Shown here: positions 37,154 to 46,744 of the stretch, in pieces | How positions within the stretch are numbered: position 1 is the stretch's first letter | Layout of the letters: the number at the start of each line of letters is the position of its first letter | DNA from: Pseudoxanthomonas sp. | GTDB taxonomy: Bacteria; Pseudomonadota; Gammaproteobacteria; Xanthomonadales; Xanthomonadaceae | Direction: 5' to 3' | Length of the DNA: 64,000 bases | NCBI GenBank assembly: GCA_047600885.1 | Contig: JASGKE010000002.1 | Location: 47,233 to 111,232, forward strand | Position numbers and translations under genes: made by a program | Notes under the pieces: model-generated | Seen by the model: only the letters and a program-made list of their open reading frames with translations | What the model was told of the DNA's origin: nothing | The model's database searches: none

Positions 37154-38659
37154 GTGCGCACCCGGATGCGTCCCGAACTCGAAGCCCAGCTCCTGAATTG
37201 CCGCAACCTGCCGAGCCCGCCGGGTGTGGCATTGCGCATCATCGAGCTCGCCCAGGACCCCGAGGTGGTGATGGCGACCGCGGCCGATGCGATCGGCCTG
37301 GATGCCGCCCTCAGCGCGCGCATGCTGCGCATCGCCAATTCGCCGCTGTACGCCAGCCGTCGCCGTGTGGAGAACCTGTCGCAGGCACTGACGGTGCTGG
37401 GCTTGAACGCCACCCTGACCCTGGCGCTGGGCTTCTCGCTGGCGCGCTGCGGCACCGGCAGTCATCCGGTCGCACAGGGCCGCGTCTGGCGCCGCAGCGT
37501 GATCGCCGCACTGGCCAGCCGTCTGCTTGGCCAGCATGCGAACGTCCGCAAGGCCGAGGAACTGATGCTGGCCGGCCTGTTGCAGGACATCGGCATGCTG
37601 GCCCTGCTGGAAGTGCTGGGCGAAGACTACGCGCGCCTGGTTGAGAGTGCCGAGGACAACGCCGCGCTGATCGCCGCTGAACGCGACTGGCTGGGTTGCG
37701 ACCACGCCACCGTAGGGGGCTGGCTGGCGCGTCAATGGAACCTGCCCGCATTGCTCCGCGAAGCGATCATCGAAAGCGAACACCCGGCCTCCGACACCGG
37801 CTTCAACGCCTGCGTCGCCGTGTCGGGCCACATCGCCGACATCTGGCTGGCGACCGGCGACGCCGACCGTACCGAGATCGCGCATCGCGATGCTGCCCTG
37901 CAGGCCGCCACGCGCCTGGGCCTGGACTACGCTGCGTTCCTGGCCCTGATCGAGGAAATGGTCGCCGCGTTGCCGGAAGTCTGTGCGATGTTCGACGTGC
38001 CGCCCGCCCCGCCCGCCCGCATCCAGACGCTGCTGGACCAGGCGCGCGAGCTGCTGGTGGTGCGCAACCTGCGCGAAATCCAGGAAGCCGCGCGTGCACG
38101 CAAGGAAGCCGACGAACACGAAGACCGCGCGCGCCGCCTCGCCGAGGAAGTGCGTCGCGATCCATTGACCGGTGCGTACAACCGCAGCCAGTTGGAAGAA
38201 GTGCTGGAAAAGGAATTCGACGCCGCCACCCGTCACGGCTGGCCGTTGTCGATCGCCTTCATCGACCTGGACGACTTCAAGCAGGTCAACGACCGCTGGG
38301 GCCACTTGGTCGGCGACGAGGTCCTGCGCAACTTCGCCAAGGCGCTGATGCGGCGCGTGCGCAGCAGCGACATCGTGGCCCGCTATGGCGGCGAGGAATT
38401 CCTCGTGGTCCTGCCGGGCATCGGCGAAGAAGCCGCGGCCCGTGTCGTGCGCCGCATCCTCTCGGAAGTCTCGGGCGCCGCGATGGCCGACGTCAGCGGG
38501 CAGCCGCTGCACGTGACCTTCTCCGCTGGCCTGGCCACGCAAGGCACGCTGGAGCAGTTCCGCCACGTCGACGACCTGCTGCGCGCGGCCGACGAAGCGC
38601 TCTACGGCGCCAAGCGCCAGGGTCGCAACCGCGTCTCGGTGGGTGCGGGCGGCTCCTGA
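37154..38659 (+). CDS. HDOD-domain / GGDEF-domain diguanylate cyclase
   Basis: The N-terminal HDOD region has LPSPPGVALRIIELAQDPEVVMATAADAIGLDAALSARMLRIANSPLY. The C-terminal domain has DPLTGAYNR...DLDDFKQVNDRWGHLVGDEVL...RYGGEEFLVVLPG. The start is either GTG 37154 or ATG 37166. Confidence 0.85.
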   Translation: MRTRMRPELEAQLLNCRNLPSPPGVALRIIELAQDPEVVMATAADAIGLDAALSARMLRIANSPLYASRRRVENLSQALTVLGLNATLTLALGFSLARCGTGSHPVAQGRVWRRSVIAALASRLLGQHANVRKAEELMLAGLLQDIGMLALLEVLGEDYARLVESAEDNAALIAAERDWLGCDHATVGGWLARQWNLPALLREAIIESEHPASDTGFNACVAVSGHIADIWLATGDADRTEIAHRDAALQAATRLGLDYAAFLALIEEMVAALPEVCAMFDVPPAPPARIQTLLDQARELLVVRNLREIQEAARARKEADEHEDRARRLAEEVRRDPLTGAYNRSQLEEVLEKEFDAATRHGWPLSIAFIDLDDFKQVNDRWGHLVGDEVLRNFAKALMRRVRSSDIVARYGGEEFLVVLPGIGEEAAARVVRRILSEVSGAAMADVSGQPLHVTFSAGLATQGTLEQFRHVDDLLRAADEALYGAKRQGRNRVSVGAGGS

Positions 38660-38708
38660 ATCCCGATCGTCGAACTCGCCCAACGACCTTCAGAGGGCAG
38701 GCAGTCGA

Positions 38709-40280
38709 TCAATCACTTCCGAGTCGCTCCCGCAGTGGGGCGAGGTACCGCTCGTAGGCAAGCCACTTCGGTGTGTCTCGAACGTGGATGCGATCGCGCA
38801 CCTGCACCGCACTAGCGGTGACGATGCCGCGCGTGCGGGATTGCATTCCCAGCATTCCAGGCTCGAATGCGATGCCGATGAACTCACACACCCGCCGGAT
38901 CGCCTGCTCCGGGTCGCGGGTGAGTTGCGCGTACTGAACGTCCAGTATCCGTCCCGGGTAGCGTGCGTGCCAATGCGCCATCAACGCACGGTAGTGGCGA
39001 TGGAAATCAGCCAGCTCGCGCTGGTCGTAACTGTAAGGATTGGCATCGGAGAACAGTTCGCGCAGATTCGAGAAGCAGGTCTCCATGGGGTCGCGCACCA
39101 TATGCAGGACCTTGGCCTGCGGCAACGCTTCGCAGATGAAACCCGCATTGAGAAAGTTCGACGGAAGCTTGTCGGTGAAGTAGCCCTCGCCGGAAAGCCG
39201 CCACGCCACGCCCTCCAGATAACGTTCCCCCACCGCCGCGAAGTCGACGGCCGCCGCGCGCCCGACGACCTCACCATCGATCACGCCAGCGCAATGGTGG
39301 TCGGTCCCGTAGCGCATCGCACTGGTGAAATCGTAGAGTTCGCCCAGACCGCGCACGTCGGTGTGCCCGTCCAGCAACTGCTCGATCAGGGTGGTGCCGG
39401 AGCGGTGCATGCCCACGATGAACACCGGTACGGCATGGGCATCAGATGGCTGCCGCGAGGTCGGGGTGCGCGGTTCGAAACGCCGCAGTCGCTCGAACAG
39501 GTCGTTCGACCGCGCCTCGTCGTAGCGTAGCGACGAGCGCTTGCTGGCGCACCCTTCCTGCAATGCACGCCAGGCCTCGTCATGCAGGCCGAGGTCGTCC
39601 AGTTCCTTGTGCAACGCAAAAGCGAGCAAAGCGCGATCCTGTGCGGTCCGCTGCGGGACTTGCAGTTGCGCCCTGATTTGCGCGAGATGGTTCTCACTGG
39701 CGTTCTGCCTACGAACCTGGGACTGCAGCCAGTAGGCCTGCGCGATCTGCGGCGCGCGCGCGAGGGCACGGGAGATGTCGTCACCCGCCTCGGCGAACCG
39801 CCCGAGGAACATCAGCACATGGGCGCGCGACAACAGCGTCGGCGGATAGTCGGGGTCCGCGTGCCGCGCCTCGTCCAGGAACGCGATCGCGTTCTGCGGC
39901 AATCCCGCGTAGGTGAGTTGCGCGGCGATCGCGATCAGCGAAGGGATCGGGATCCTGGACATCGGCAGCATGCGCTCGATGCACGCCAGCATGGCCGGGA
40001 CTTCATTGAAGGTACGCAGCCGTGCCAGCAGCTCCTTCAAGACGTCGGCACGCTGGGTCGGGAGCTTGCTGGCCTGCAATGCAAAGCCATGCGCGGCACG
40101 GTAATGTCCCGCGAGCGACTCCATGTAGGACAACTGCAGCAGGATGTCGGGGTCGCCGGGCGACAAGGCCGACGCCTGCCGATAGCACTCGATCGCCTTC
40201 CCGAAGTCCTTCGCAACGGCATGAGCCTGCGCCCGTGCCGTCAACGCAGCCACGCGGTCAGGAATCGACTCAGCCGCCAT
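38709..40280 (-). CDS. TPR-repeat + sulfotransferase-domain protein (paralogue 2)
   Basis: 523-aa ORF. The N-terminal ~270 aa are TPR-like helical repeats. The C-terminal domain has a PAPS 5'-phosphosulfate loop-like motif VFIVGMHRSGTTLIEQLL and conserved FTDKLPSNFLNAGFI and MVRDPMETCFSNL. Its start overlaps the stop of the upstream paralogue by 11 nt. Confidence 0.75.
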   Translation of the reverse strand: MAAESIPDRVAALTARAQAHAVAKDFGKAIECYRQASALSPGDPDILLQLSYMESLAGHYRAAHGFALQASKLPTQRADVLKELLARLRTFNEVPAMLACIERMLPMSRIPIPSLIAIAAQLTYAGLPQNAIAFLDEARHADPDYPPTLLSRAHVLMFLGRFAEAGDDISRALARAPQIAQAYWLQSQVRRQNASENHLAQIRAQLQVPQRTAQDRALLAFALHKELDDLGLHDEAWRALQEGCASKRSSLRYDEARSNDLFERLRRFEPRTPTSRQPSDAHAVPVFIVGMHRSGTTLIEQLLDGHTDVRGLGELYDFTSAMRYGTDHHCAGVIDGEVVGRAAAVDFAAVGERYLEGVAWRLSGEGYFTDKLPSNFLNAGFICEALPQAKVLHMVRDPMETCFSNLRELFSDANPYSYDQRELADFHRHYRALMAHWHARYPGRILDVQYAQLTRDPEQAIRRVCEFIGIAFEPGMLGMQSRTRGIVTASAVQVRDRIHVRDTPKWLAYERYLAPLRERLGSD

Positions 40281-41865
40281 GTGTCCGCCTTTGCGCTTCC
40301 AGCATCAAGCGCAGCGGCTCCAGCTGCGACGCATATCGTTTCCAGGCCTCGATGCCGCGCCCGTGCATGGGTGAACGGACCTGCGAACTGCTGGCCGTGG
40401 ACACAGGCGACGCGTTGGCGGTGATGTCGAGCATTCCTTCGGCCGGAGCCAGCCCGCAGAAGGCAAGCAGGCCACGCAGGGTCTCATCTCCACGTCGCAC
40501 CAGTGCCTCGTAATCCAGGACATGCACGGCGCTCCGTCCTGTCTCCTTCCAGTGTTCCATCAGCATCTCGACCCCACGATGGTGGGCGGCCACGTCCTCG
40601 AATGCATAGCTGTAAGGATACGCGCCGCCCTCGAACAGTTCCTTCAGGTTCGAGAAGCAGGCATCCATCGGATCGCGCCGGACGCAGATGATGCGCGCCT
40701 CAGGAAGCGCCCGCAGTATCATCCCGACGTTGAAGAAGTTCTGCGGATTCTTGTCGATGAAGTAGTCGCGGCCCGCGATCATAGGCGCCAGGCGTTCCAG
40801 ATAACGTGCGCCGACCTTAGCCGGATCCAACCCTTGCAGCTTCTCCCATCGCGACTCCTTCAATCCGCCCTTGTAGAAATGGTCGGACACTTCGCTTGTC
40901 GCCGCATCGAAGTCGTTGCGCTCGCCCAGTGACATGACCTGGGGATGATTGCCCAGTACGCGGTCCAGGAGCGTCGTACCCGTGCGTGGCATGCCGACGA
41001 TGAAGATCGGTATCGGCCCGGCCGATCCGGCGCCGACCGGAGACGACCTTCCCCACGGACTGGAATGCAGCAGTCGTTCGAAGCCCCGCGCCTCTTCGTC
41101 GCGATCGTGCCGCAGCGTGCGTCGAACCAGGGCGGCGCCCGCCTCCAATGCCGCCCAGGCGGACTCCCTCTGATCCGCCGCATCGAGCTCCTTGAACAGG
41201 GCATAGTGCAGTTGCGCCCTTTCGGGAGACCCGTCGACATGCTGCCGCAGCGCTGCCTCGACCCTCGGCACGCGAGTGCCCGGGGTTCTGGCGGCTTGAT
41301 GGTAGGCCAGGGTCCGATGCACGTACGCGTCGCTCGGATTCAGCCGCAATGCGTACTCGTAGTGCTCCGTGGCTTCGTCCAGTCTCCCTAGGGACCTGAG
41401 CACGTTGCCGCGGGTGTAGCAGAGGAGCGCATTGGGCTTCACGCGCGCGCCCGCGTGCGTCAGAAAGTCGAGTGCCAGTGCGTGCTGACCGACCAACCAG
41501 AGGTGTTGTGCGAGCACGGCCGCTTGTTGCAGGACCTCGCGATCGGACCAGTCCATCGAGCGGATCAGGCGGACGATCTCCGCATCTTCGGCAAAGGCGA
41601 GCAACCGCAGGCTTACGAAACCCACGCTTTTCGCATCCTGCGCGTCGGCGCATATCCGGCCGGCTTGCAGGGCATGGTTTCGGGCATCGATATAGCGATC
41701 GTCGATCTGCGCGAGCCGTGATAGGCGCAGGTGTGGCCCCACCATCCGGGGCGCTATCGCCAGCATCGCCTCATAGCAGGCGCGAGCCGCAGGCAGGTCC
41801 GCCGCGGCTTCGTGATGATTCGCGTCGTTCCAGTGGCGCTGCAACGCTGGGTTCATGGTCATCAT
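40270..41865 (-). CDS. TPR-repeat + sulfotransferase-domain protein (paralogue 1)
   Basis: 531-aa ORF with the same architecture: IFIVGMPRTGTTLLDRVLGNHPQV, FIDKNPQNFFNVGMI and VRRDPMDACFSNLKELF. It is collinear with 38709..40280. Confidence 0.75.
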   Translation of the reverse strand: MMTMNPALQRHWNDANHHEAAADLPAARACYEAMLAIAPRMVGPHLRLSRLAQIDDRYIDARNHALQAGRICADAQDAKSVGFVSLRLLAFAEDAEIVRLIRSMDWSDREVLQQAAVLAQHLWLVGQHALALDFLTHAGARVKPNALLCYTRGNVLRSLGRLDEATEHYEYALRLNPSDAYVHRTLAYHQAARTPGTRVPRVEAALRQHVDGSPERAQLHYALFKELDAADQRESAWAALEAGAALVRRTLRHDRDEEARGFERLLHSSPWGRSSPVGAGSAGPIPIFIVGMPRTGTTLLDRVLGNHPQVMSLGERNDFDAATSEVSDHFYKGGLKESRWEKLQGLDPAKVGARYLERLAPMIAGRDYFIDKNPQNFFNVGMILRALPEARIICVRRDPMDACFSNLKELFEGGAYPYSYAFEDVAAHHRGVEMLMEHWKETGRSAVHVLDYEALVRRGDETLRGLLAFCGLAPAEGMLDITANASPVSTASSSQVRSPMHGRGIEAWKRYASQLEPLRLMLEAQRRTHGG

Positions 41866-41921
41866 CAGGATGGAACTTGCCCAAGCATATCCGCACGGCG
41901 ATCGCCGTACCCGGGGCCCGC

Positions 41922-41947
41922 AAGAAAAAGGCCGCCCGAAGGCGGCC
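41922..41947 (-). terminator. Rho-independent terminator after the TonB-dependent receptor gene
   Basis: The minus strand reads ggccgcc-ttcg-ggcggcc followed by tttttctt. It lies about 40 nt after the receptor stop and about 57 nt before the first sulfotransferase start. Confidence 0.8.
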
Positions 41948-41986
41948 GAGAGAGCAATAGCTCGTTTTTCTTGTTGGAACGTCGGA

Positions 41987-44900
41987 TCAGAAGTCGTACT
42001 GGACCATGAAGCGGACCGACCGCGGCGCCTGGTAGGAGCGCGGCAGCAGGTAGGTGCTCAGGGGATTGCCCGTCGCCGAGTCCTCCGCTACTTCGCTGAC
42101 GGCCGTGACCTTCTGCGAATTGAACACGTTGAACACGTCCACCTTGAACTGCAGGCCCGGCGCGAACGATGGCCGGAAGGCCACGTTCAAGTCCAGGCTC
42201 GTGGTCGTCGGCAGGCGCCCAGCAGTACCGCGCGGCACCGCGCTCACGGTGGAATCGTCCGACGCGCCGTTCTCGGAGTTGCTGCAACGCATGAAGCCCG
42301 AGCCATAGGGGTGCGGCGCGTAGTTGGTTACGGGTCCCACCGGCTCGAGCGGGTTGGTATCCAGTACGCCCAGGCAGTTGATCGGGCGCCCCGTCTGGAC
42401 GATCAGGTTTGCACCCAGCGACCATTCTTCAGTGAAGTCGTAGTTGCCGAATACCTTCAGCGCGTGCCGACGATCGTTCGGCAGGTAGCCGTAGGTGTCA
42501 ACCGTCAGTTCCCGATAATCGAAATCCTGCGTGGTGTTGGTGTCGCCCTGGCCAATGTCGGACTTCACGCCACCCTCGGTATTGCCCTTGTTGTAGCCGA
42601 GTGTGTACGAAGCCTGGAAGAAGAACTTGTCCCAGCTACCATCAAGGAACAGTTCAAGCGCCTTGTACGAACGCTTGGCCGGCGGACTGAGGCGGTCGCC
42701 TTCCACCGTATAGGTGGTGTAGACGCCGTCGCCGTTCAGGTCGGTGACCAACACCGCATCTTCGCCCGGGTTGAACAGACGGCAATATGGGAAGCCGGGG
42801 TTCGGCACCGTGTAGTCGAGACCGTCGGCATCGGCTAGGTCGGTGATGGCGGTGTAATCGCAGTTGTCGTCGATGGCCGCCTTCAGTTTGCGGTAGATGC
42901 CGCGTGCACCGACATTGAGGTGGTCGGTCAGCGTGGTCTGGAAGCCGAGGATGAACTCGTCCTGGTACATCGGATCGAGGTTCTTGCTGGCGATCGTGTT
43001 CGGATCGTGTGCCTGGCCGTCTTCGCCGTTGATCAGATTCAGCGGATTCAGCGGATTGATCAGGATCGGAGCGCCGGTCACCGGGTCCACGCCCGAGAAA
43101 CGGTTGTTGTTGGAGCGCTGGTAGATCGAGGCGCTGGAACCGCGGACCGCGACGCTCGGCGTGAGCGGCAGCGCGTAGCGGCCGGCGTTGCCGTAGATCT
43201 TCAGCGAAGAGTCACCCTTGGCATCCCAGGAGAAGCCCAAGCGGGGACCGAACTGATTGTCGATCTTGACGAAGGCGCGGCCATCGGAACCCAGGTTCTC
43301 GAACGTATCCCAGCGGGCGCCGAGATACGCCAGGAAGTTGTCAGTGATCTTCCACGTATCCTCGAGATAGTAGGCGCGCTGCTTGACTTCGATGGTCGTG
43401 CCGCGAGCCGTGGTCTGGCGACGGACCACATCAAACTCATCCCCGGTGTTCGGGCGACCATCCGGGCCATTGTTCGTCGAGTACCGCCACAGCCAGCCAC
43501 CTACGTTGGCTTCGCCGGCCACCGATTCGTAATTGTCCACGTCCACACCGAAGCGCAACTGGTGCGGCCCGAGGATCCACTCCGCGTCGATGCGGTACTG
43601 GTCGCGAGTGTCCTTGTTGTTCGACGCCTGCAGCAACGCGCCGTCGGTGAGATGGCACAGGCTGCCGTAGGCGCCCGTGATCTCCTTGCGATAGCCGGGA
43701 CGCACGTCGATGATGGCCGGGCAGCCGCCCAGGGCGGTGGTCCCGTTGATGTCGGTCGTATAGGCCGTGGTGATATCGCCGTTGTAGCTGACCCTTGAGC
43801 CGTCGGGATTCTTCAAGTATTGGCTGCGCTTGAACTCGCCATGGCCGTAGAGCGCGGTGAGGGTGAAGGTGTCGGTGAGATAGCCGGTGTACTTCAGGAC
43901 GTAGTTGTTGCCACCCTGCTCATCGTGGACGGTGCCGACATAATTCGTGCGATCCACTTCGCCCGGCGTGTTGTTGTAGACCCGGGTCTCGGTTTCCTGC
44001 TTGTCGGAGAATGCCGTCAGCTCAAGCTTGTTGCTGTCGTTGATGTTCCAGTCGAACTTGGCCAACCAGGTCGGGTTCTTGATCGAACCGTTGCGGTTGG
44101 TGACCGCATCCATGTTGCCCCAGGTATCGGTGTCAGTCTTGCCATAGGACAACAGGCCGTACGCGAACAGCGTGTCCTTCACCAGCGCGCCACCGGCCCA
44201 CACAGCACCGATCAGCTCATCCTGGGTGTCCTTGCTGTTGTTCTCGGCCACGTTGCCGTAATCGCCCGGCACGAGTGGATTCGAAAACTTGTAGTCGTCC
44301 ACGTCAGAACGCAGGGATTTCGGCGACCAGAACACATTGGCGCCTGCCTTGAACTCGTTGGTGCCGCGCTTGGTGATCTGGTTGACCACGCCGCCGAGCG
44401 ACCGCCCGAACTCCGCGCCATAACCACCGGTCTTGATCTGCTGCTCGGCGATCGCTTCGAAAGGAACCTTGGAGAAGTTCAGGCTCCGGAACGAATTGGT
44501 GATGTTGAAACCGTTGATGTAGTACTGGTTCTCGGCGACGGACGAGCCGCCGAACGAGGCGAGGTTGCCGAAGGCGCCATCGCCACGCACCGTACCCGGG
44601 GCCAGCAGCGCCACCGACGTGGTGTCGCGAGGCACGGGGATCCGGGCAAGCTGCTCGGAGGTCAGGATGGTGGTGGACTCGACCGACGACACGTCGATCG
44701 GATTGACCAGTTGGGAGCCGGTGACGGTGACCGTGCCCAACGTGGTGGCGCCACTACTCGAGCTCTCTGCGGCGAAATTGACGGCGGTACCCGTACCGAC
44801 GTTGACCGACACTTCGCGCGTCGACGTCGTGCCGTCCGCGCGCTGCAGGGTCACGCGATACGTGCCGGGGGACAGCGCTGACACGCGGTAGGCGCCATCG

Positions 44901-45091
44901 GCACCGATCGCGACCTCGCGACTGAAGCCGGTCGCCGGATTCTGGACCAGGACTTTCTCACCTGCCGAGGCCTGGCCGAAGACCGCACCGGAGGTGTTGG
45001 ATTGGGCATAGATCGAAGAGTTAAAGCAGACGCCGAGCGCCACCGTAAGGGCGCTGCGTTTGAGTGTTCGATTGAACGTACGCTTGGACAC
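41987..45091 (-). CDS. Oar-like TonB-dependent receptor with an N-terminal carboxypeptidase-regulatory-like domain
   Basis: GTG at 45091, preceded by GGGAG. The signal peptide is VSKRTFNRTLKRSALTVALGVCFNSSIYAQ. The CarbopepD_reg-like segment reads VLVQNPATGFSREVAIGADGAYRVSALSPGTYRVTLQ. A plug region follows (TVTGSQLVNPIDVSSVESTTILTSEQLARIPV), then a long beta-barrel ending ...RSVRFMVQYDF. Confidence 0.88.
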   Translation of the reverse strand: MSKRTFNRTLKRSALTVALGVCFNSSIYAQSNTSGAVFGQASAGEKVLVQNPATGFSREVAIGADGAYRVSALSPGTYRVTLQRADGTTSTREVSVNVGTGTAVNFAAESSSSGATTLGTVTVTGSQLVNPIDVSSVESTTILTSEQLARIPVPRDTTSVALLAPGTVRGDGAFGNLASFGGSSVAENQYYINGFNITNSFRSLNFSKVPFEAIAEQQIKTGGYGAEFGRSLGGVVNQITKRGTNEFKAGANVFWSPKSLRSDVDDYKFSNPLVPGDYGNVAENNSKDTQDELIGAVWAGGALVKDTLFAYGLLSYGKTDTDTWGNMDAVTNRNGSIKNPTWLAKFDWNINDSNKLELTAFSDKQETETRVYNNTPGEVDRTNYVGTVHDEQGGNNYVLKYTGYLTDTFTLTALYGHGEFKRSQYLKNPDGSRVSYNGDITTAYTTDINGTTALGGCPAIIDVRPGYRKEITGAYGSLCHLTDGALLQASNNKDTRDQYRIDAEWILGPHQLRFGVDVDNYESVAGEANVGGWLWRYSTNNGPDGRPNTGDEFDVVRRQTTARGTTIEVKQRAYYLEDTWKITDNFLAYLGARWDTFENLGSDGRAFVKIDNQFGPRLGFSWDAKGDSSLKIYGNAGRYALPLTPSVAVRGSSASIYQRSNNNRFSGVDPVTGAPILINPLNPLNLINGEDGQAHDPNTIASKNLDPMYQDEFILGFQTTLTDHLNVGARGIYRKLKAAIDDNCDYTAITDLADADGLDYTVPNPGFPYCRLFNPGEDAVLVTDLNGDGVYTTYTVEGDRLSPPAKRSYKALELFLDGSWDKFFFQASYTLGYNKGNTEGGVKSDIGQGDTNTTQDFDYRELTVDTYGYLPNDRRHALKVFGNYDFTEEWSLGANLIVQTGRPINCLGVLDTNPLEPVGPVTNYAPHPYGSGFMRCSNSENGASDDSTVSAVPRGTAGRLPTTTSLDLNVAFRPSFAPGLQFKVDVFNVFNSQKVTAVSEVAEDSATGNPLSTYLLPRSYQAPRSVRFMVQYDF

Positions 45092-45568
45092 TGTGCGACT
45101 CCCTGCTGCAGGTTGATTCACATGAGCGTCCGGACGGGCCCGCCCTCCGACCATCGTGGCTTGAGTCTGACCACAAGCCACGCGCCTTAATAGCAGGTTA
45201 ATCAAATGTTGGAATTAGGTTACGCAACACTCAGGTAATATTGCCAAATCCGTCACAAAATGCCGTGTAGTTTTGCCCCCCCTGAGGGGTATTTTTCTGA
45301 CGCCTCCGAACGTAATAGCGGTAACAGAAGGCGCCCCCGCGCGGCTTCGATACGCCGTTACGGCTCGCGAGGGATGAGGGATGTCAGAGGTCCGCCTTGC
45401 CGGGCGCCGCTATTGACGCACGTGGCCGCGCGCCCGAGTCTGGAAAGCCTCGGCAGAGCGGCAGCGGACTGGTGGGCGTCGGCTGTGCAGGTGGTTTCCA
45501 CCACCACAATCGAAGTCGCCCCTCCCTGCACCGGCGGGCGCCCCCGGAACAGAGGGAAAGCCGGGCGC

Positions 45569-46264
45569 TTATTGCCTCGGCTGGTACACGACTTCTTCGT
45601 AGGGCTGCACCACCACCCAGCCGTCGCCCGCAAACCTGAGCTGCACGCTTTCCCCGGACCCCCGTCCCAGCAGCGTGCCCAGCGAGATGTCGGTGACGAT
45701 CTCGGGCGTCAGGCCGCCCGACCACGCCACGGTCGCGTTGGGGTCGGTAAACACCGGACCGGTCTGCGCATTCACCGGCAGTGTCAGCGGTTCGTAGTGC
45801 GAAGTGATCGCGACGATGCCGTGCCCGCTGAGGCGCACGTTGAACAAGCCGCCGGACAGCATGCCGGCCACCTTGCGCATCATGGTGATGCGGCTCTCGA
45901 TGCCCGATTCCACCGCCAGCACGTCGTTGCCGTTGACGAAGATCGACTCGCCCGCCAGCCGCAGCAGGGTGATCTTCTTGCCGGCATCGGCCAGATAGAC
46001 GCGGCCCTGGCCCTCGATCTTCATCAGCTGCATGCCTTCGCCGCTGACGGCCTTCTTCAGCAGGTTGCCCAGGCCCTGTTCCAGCATGCCCTGCCGGGTG
46101 AACTTCACCGCGCCCTTGCGCGCGACCATCGCGCCAGCCTTGGCCCAGACCAGCCCGTCCAGGCGGACCTCCAGCAGATGCGGGCTTTCCAGTTCGAAAG
46201 CTTCCGCGCTGGCGTCCTTTTCCTTTGAAGACGCGAGGAATTCCTGCAACGTGCGCACGCTCAT
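45569..46264 (-). CDS. AIM24 (DUF124) family protein
   Basis: Internal ATG at 46264. The product MSVRTLQEFLASSKEKDASAEAFELESPHLLEVRLDGLVWAKAGAMVARKGAVKF...GEGMQLMKIEGQGRVYLA...VAITSHYEPLTL fits the AIM24 pattern. Confidence 0.7.
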   Translation of the reverse strand: MSVRTLQEFLASSKEKDASAEAFELESPHLLEVRLDGLVWAKAGAMVARKGAVKFTRQGMLEQGLGNLLKKAVSGEGMQLMKIEGQGRVYLADAGKKITLLRLAGESIFVNGNDVLAVESGIESRITMMRKVAGMLSGGLFNVRLSGHGIVAITSHYEPLTLPVNAQTGPVFTDPNATVAWSGGLTPEIVTDISLGTLLGRGSGESVQLRFAGDGWVVVQPYEEVVYQPRQ

Positions 46265-46328
46265 GTCGATGCCTTGATGGTCGCCTGACGGGGACGCCAT
46301 CATAAGCCGCAACCCCGGAGGCCCCGCC

Positions 46329-46688
46329 ATGCCCCAGATCCTGCCCGTCCCCCATGCGCTGGACGACGTGCCGCGCGAACCCGTCGCCGCCGATCGACTG
46401 CTGTCCGGACAGCCGACGCAGGCGGTGGCCAACGCATTCTCGTCCCCGGACGCGCGCTTCCACTGCGGCGTGTGGGAGGCCGATGCCGGTGCGTGGCGCG
46501 TCCACTACACCGAGCATGAGTTCTGCCACCTGATCGCCGGCCGCCTGCGGCTGCGCGGCGATGACGGTGAAGAGAGCGTCTGGGAGGCCGGCCAAAGCTT
46601 CGTGGTGCCCGCCGGCTTCAGCGGTACGTGGGAGGTCCTCGCACCGGCACGCAAGCTGTACGCGATCTACGAGCCGCCCGGCGACTGA
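46329..46688 (+). CDS. Small cupin protein (DUF861/cupin_3-like)
   Basis: 119-aa ORF containing GVWEADAGAWRVHYTEHEFCHLIAGRLRLRGDDGEESVWEAGQSFVVPAGFSGTWEV. Confidence 0.7.
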   Translation: MPQILPVPHALDDVPREPVAADRLLSGQPTQAVANAFSSPDARFHCGVWEADAGAWRVHYTEHEFCHLIAGRLRLRGDDGEESVWEAGQSFVVPAGFSGTWEVLAPARKLYAIYEPPGD

Positions 46689-46744
46689 CGCGTTCCGTGG
46701 CGCTCGGATAGAATTACGCTGTTTGCCCTCACGCCGAGATCCCC

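Noticed and set aside
45092-45568. 477-bp non-coding region upstream of the TonB-dependent receptor, examined for a riboswitch (B12 box, TPP), a small ORF or a terminator (cccctgagggg + ttttt at ~45272-45296)
   Set aside because: I could not recognise any riboswitch core motif by eye. The small hairpin with a T tract is on the + strand, where there is no upstream gene to terminate. The AT-rich stretch at 45180-45300 is most simply the receptor promoter region. It would be worth a covariance-model scan, but I cannot support a feature call.
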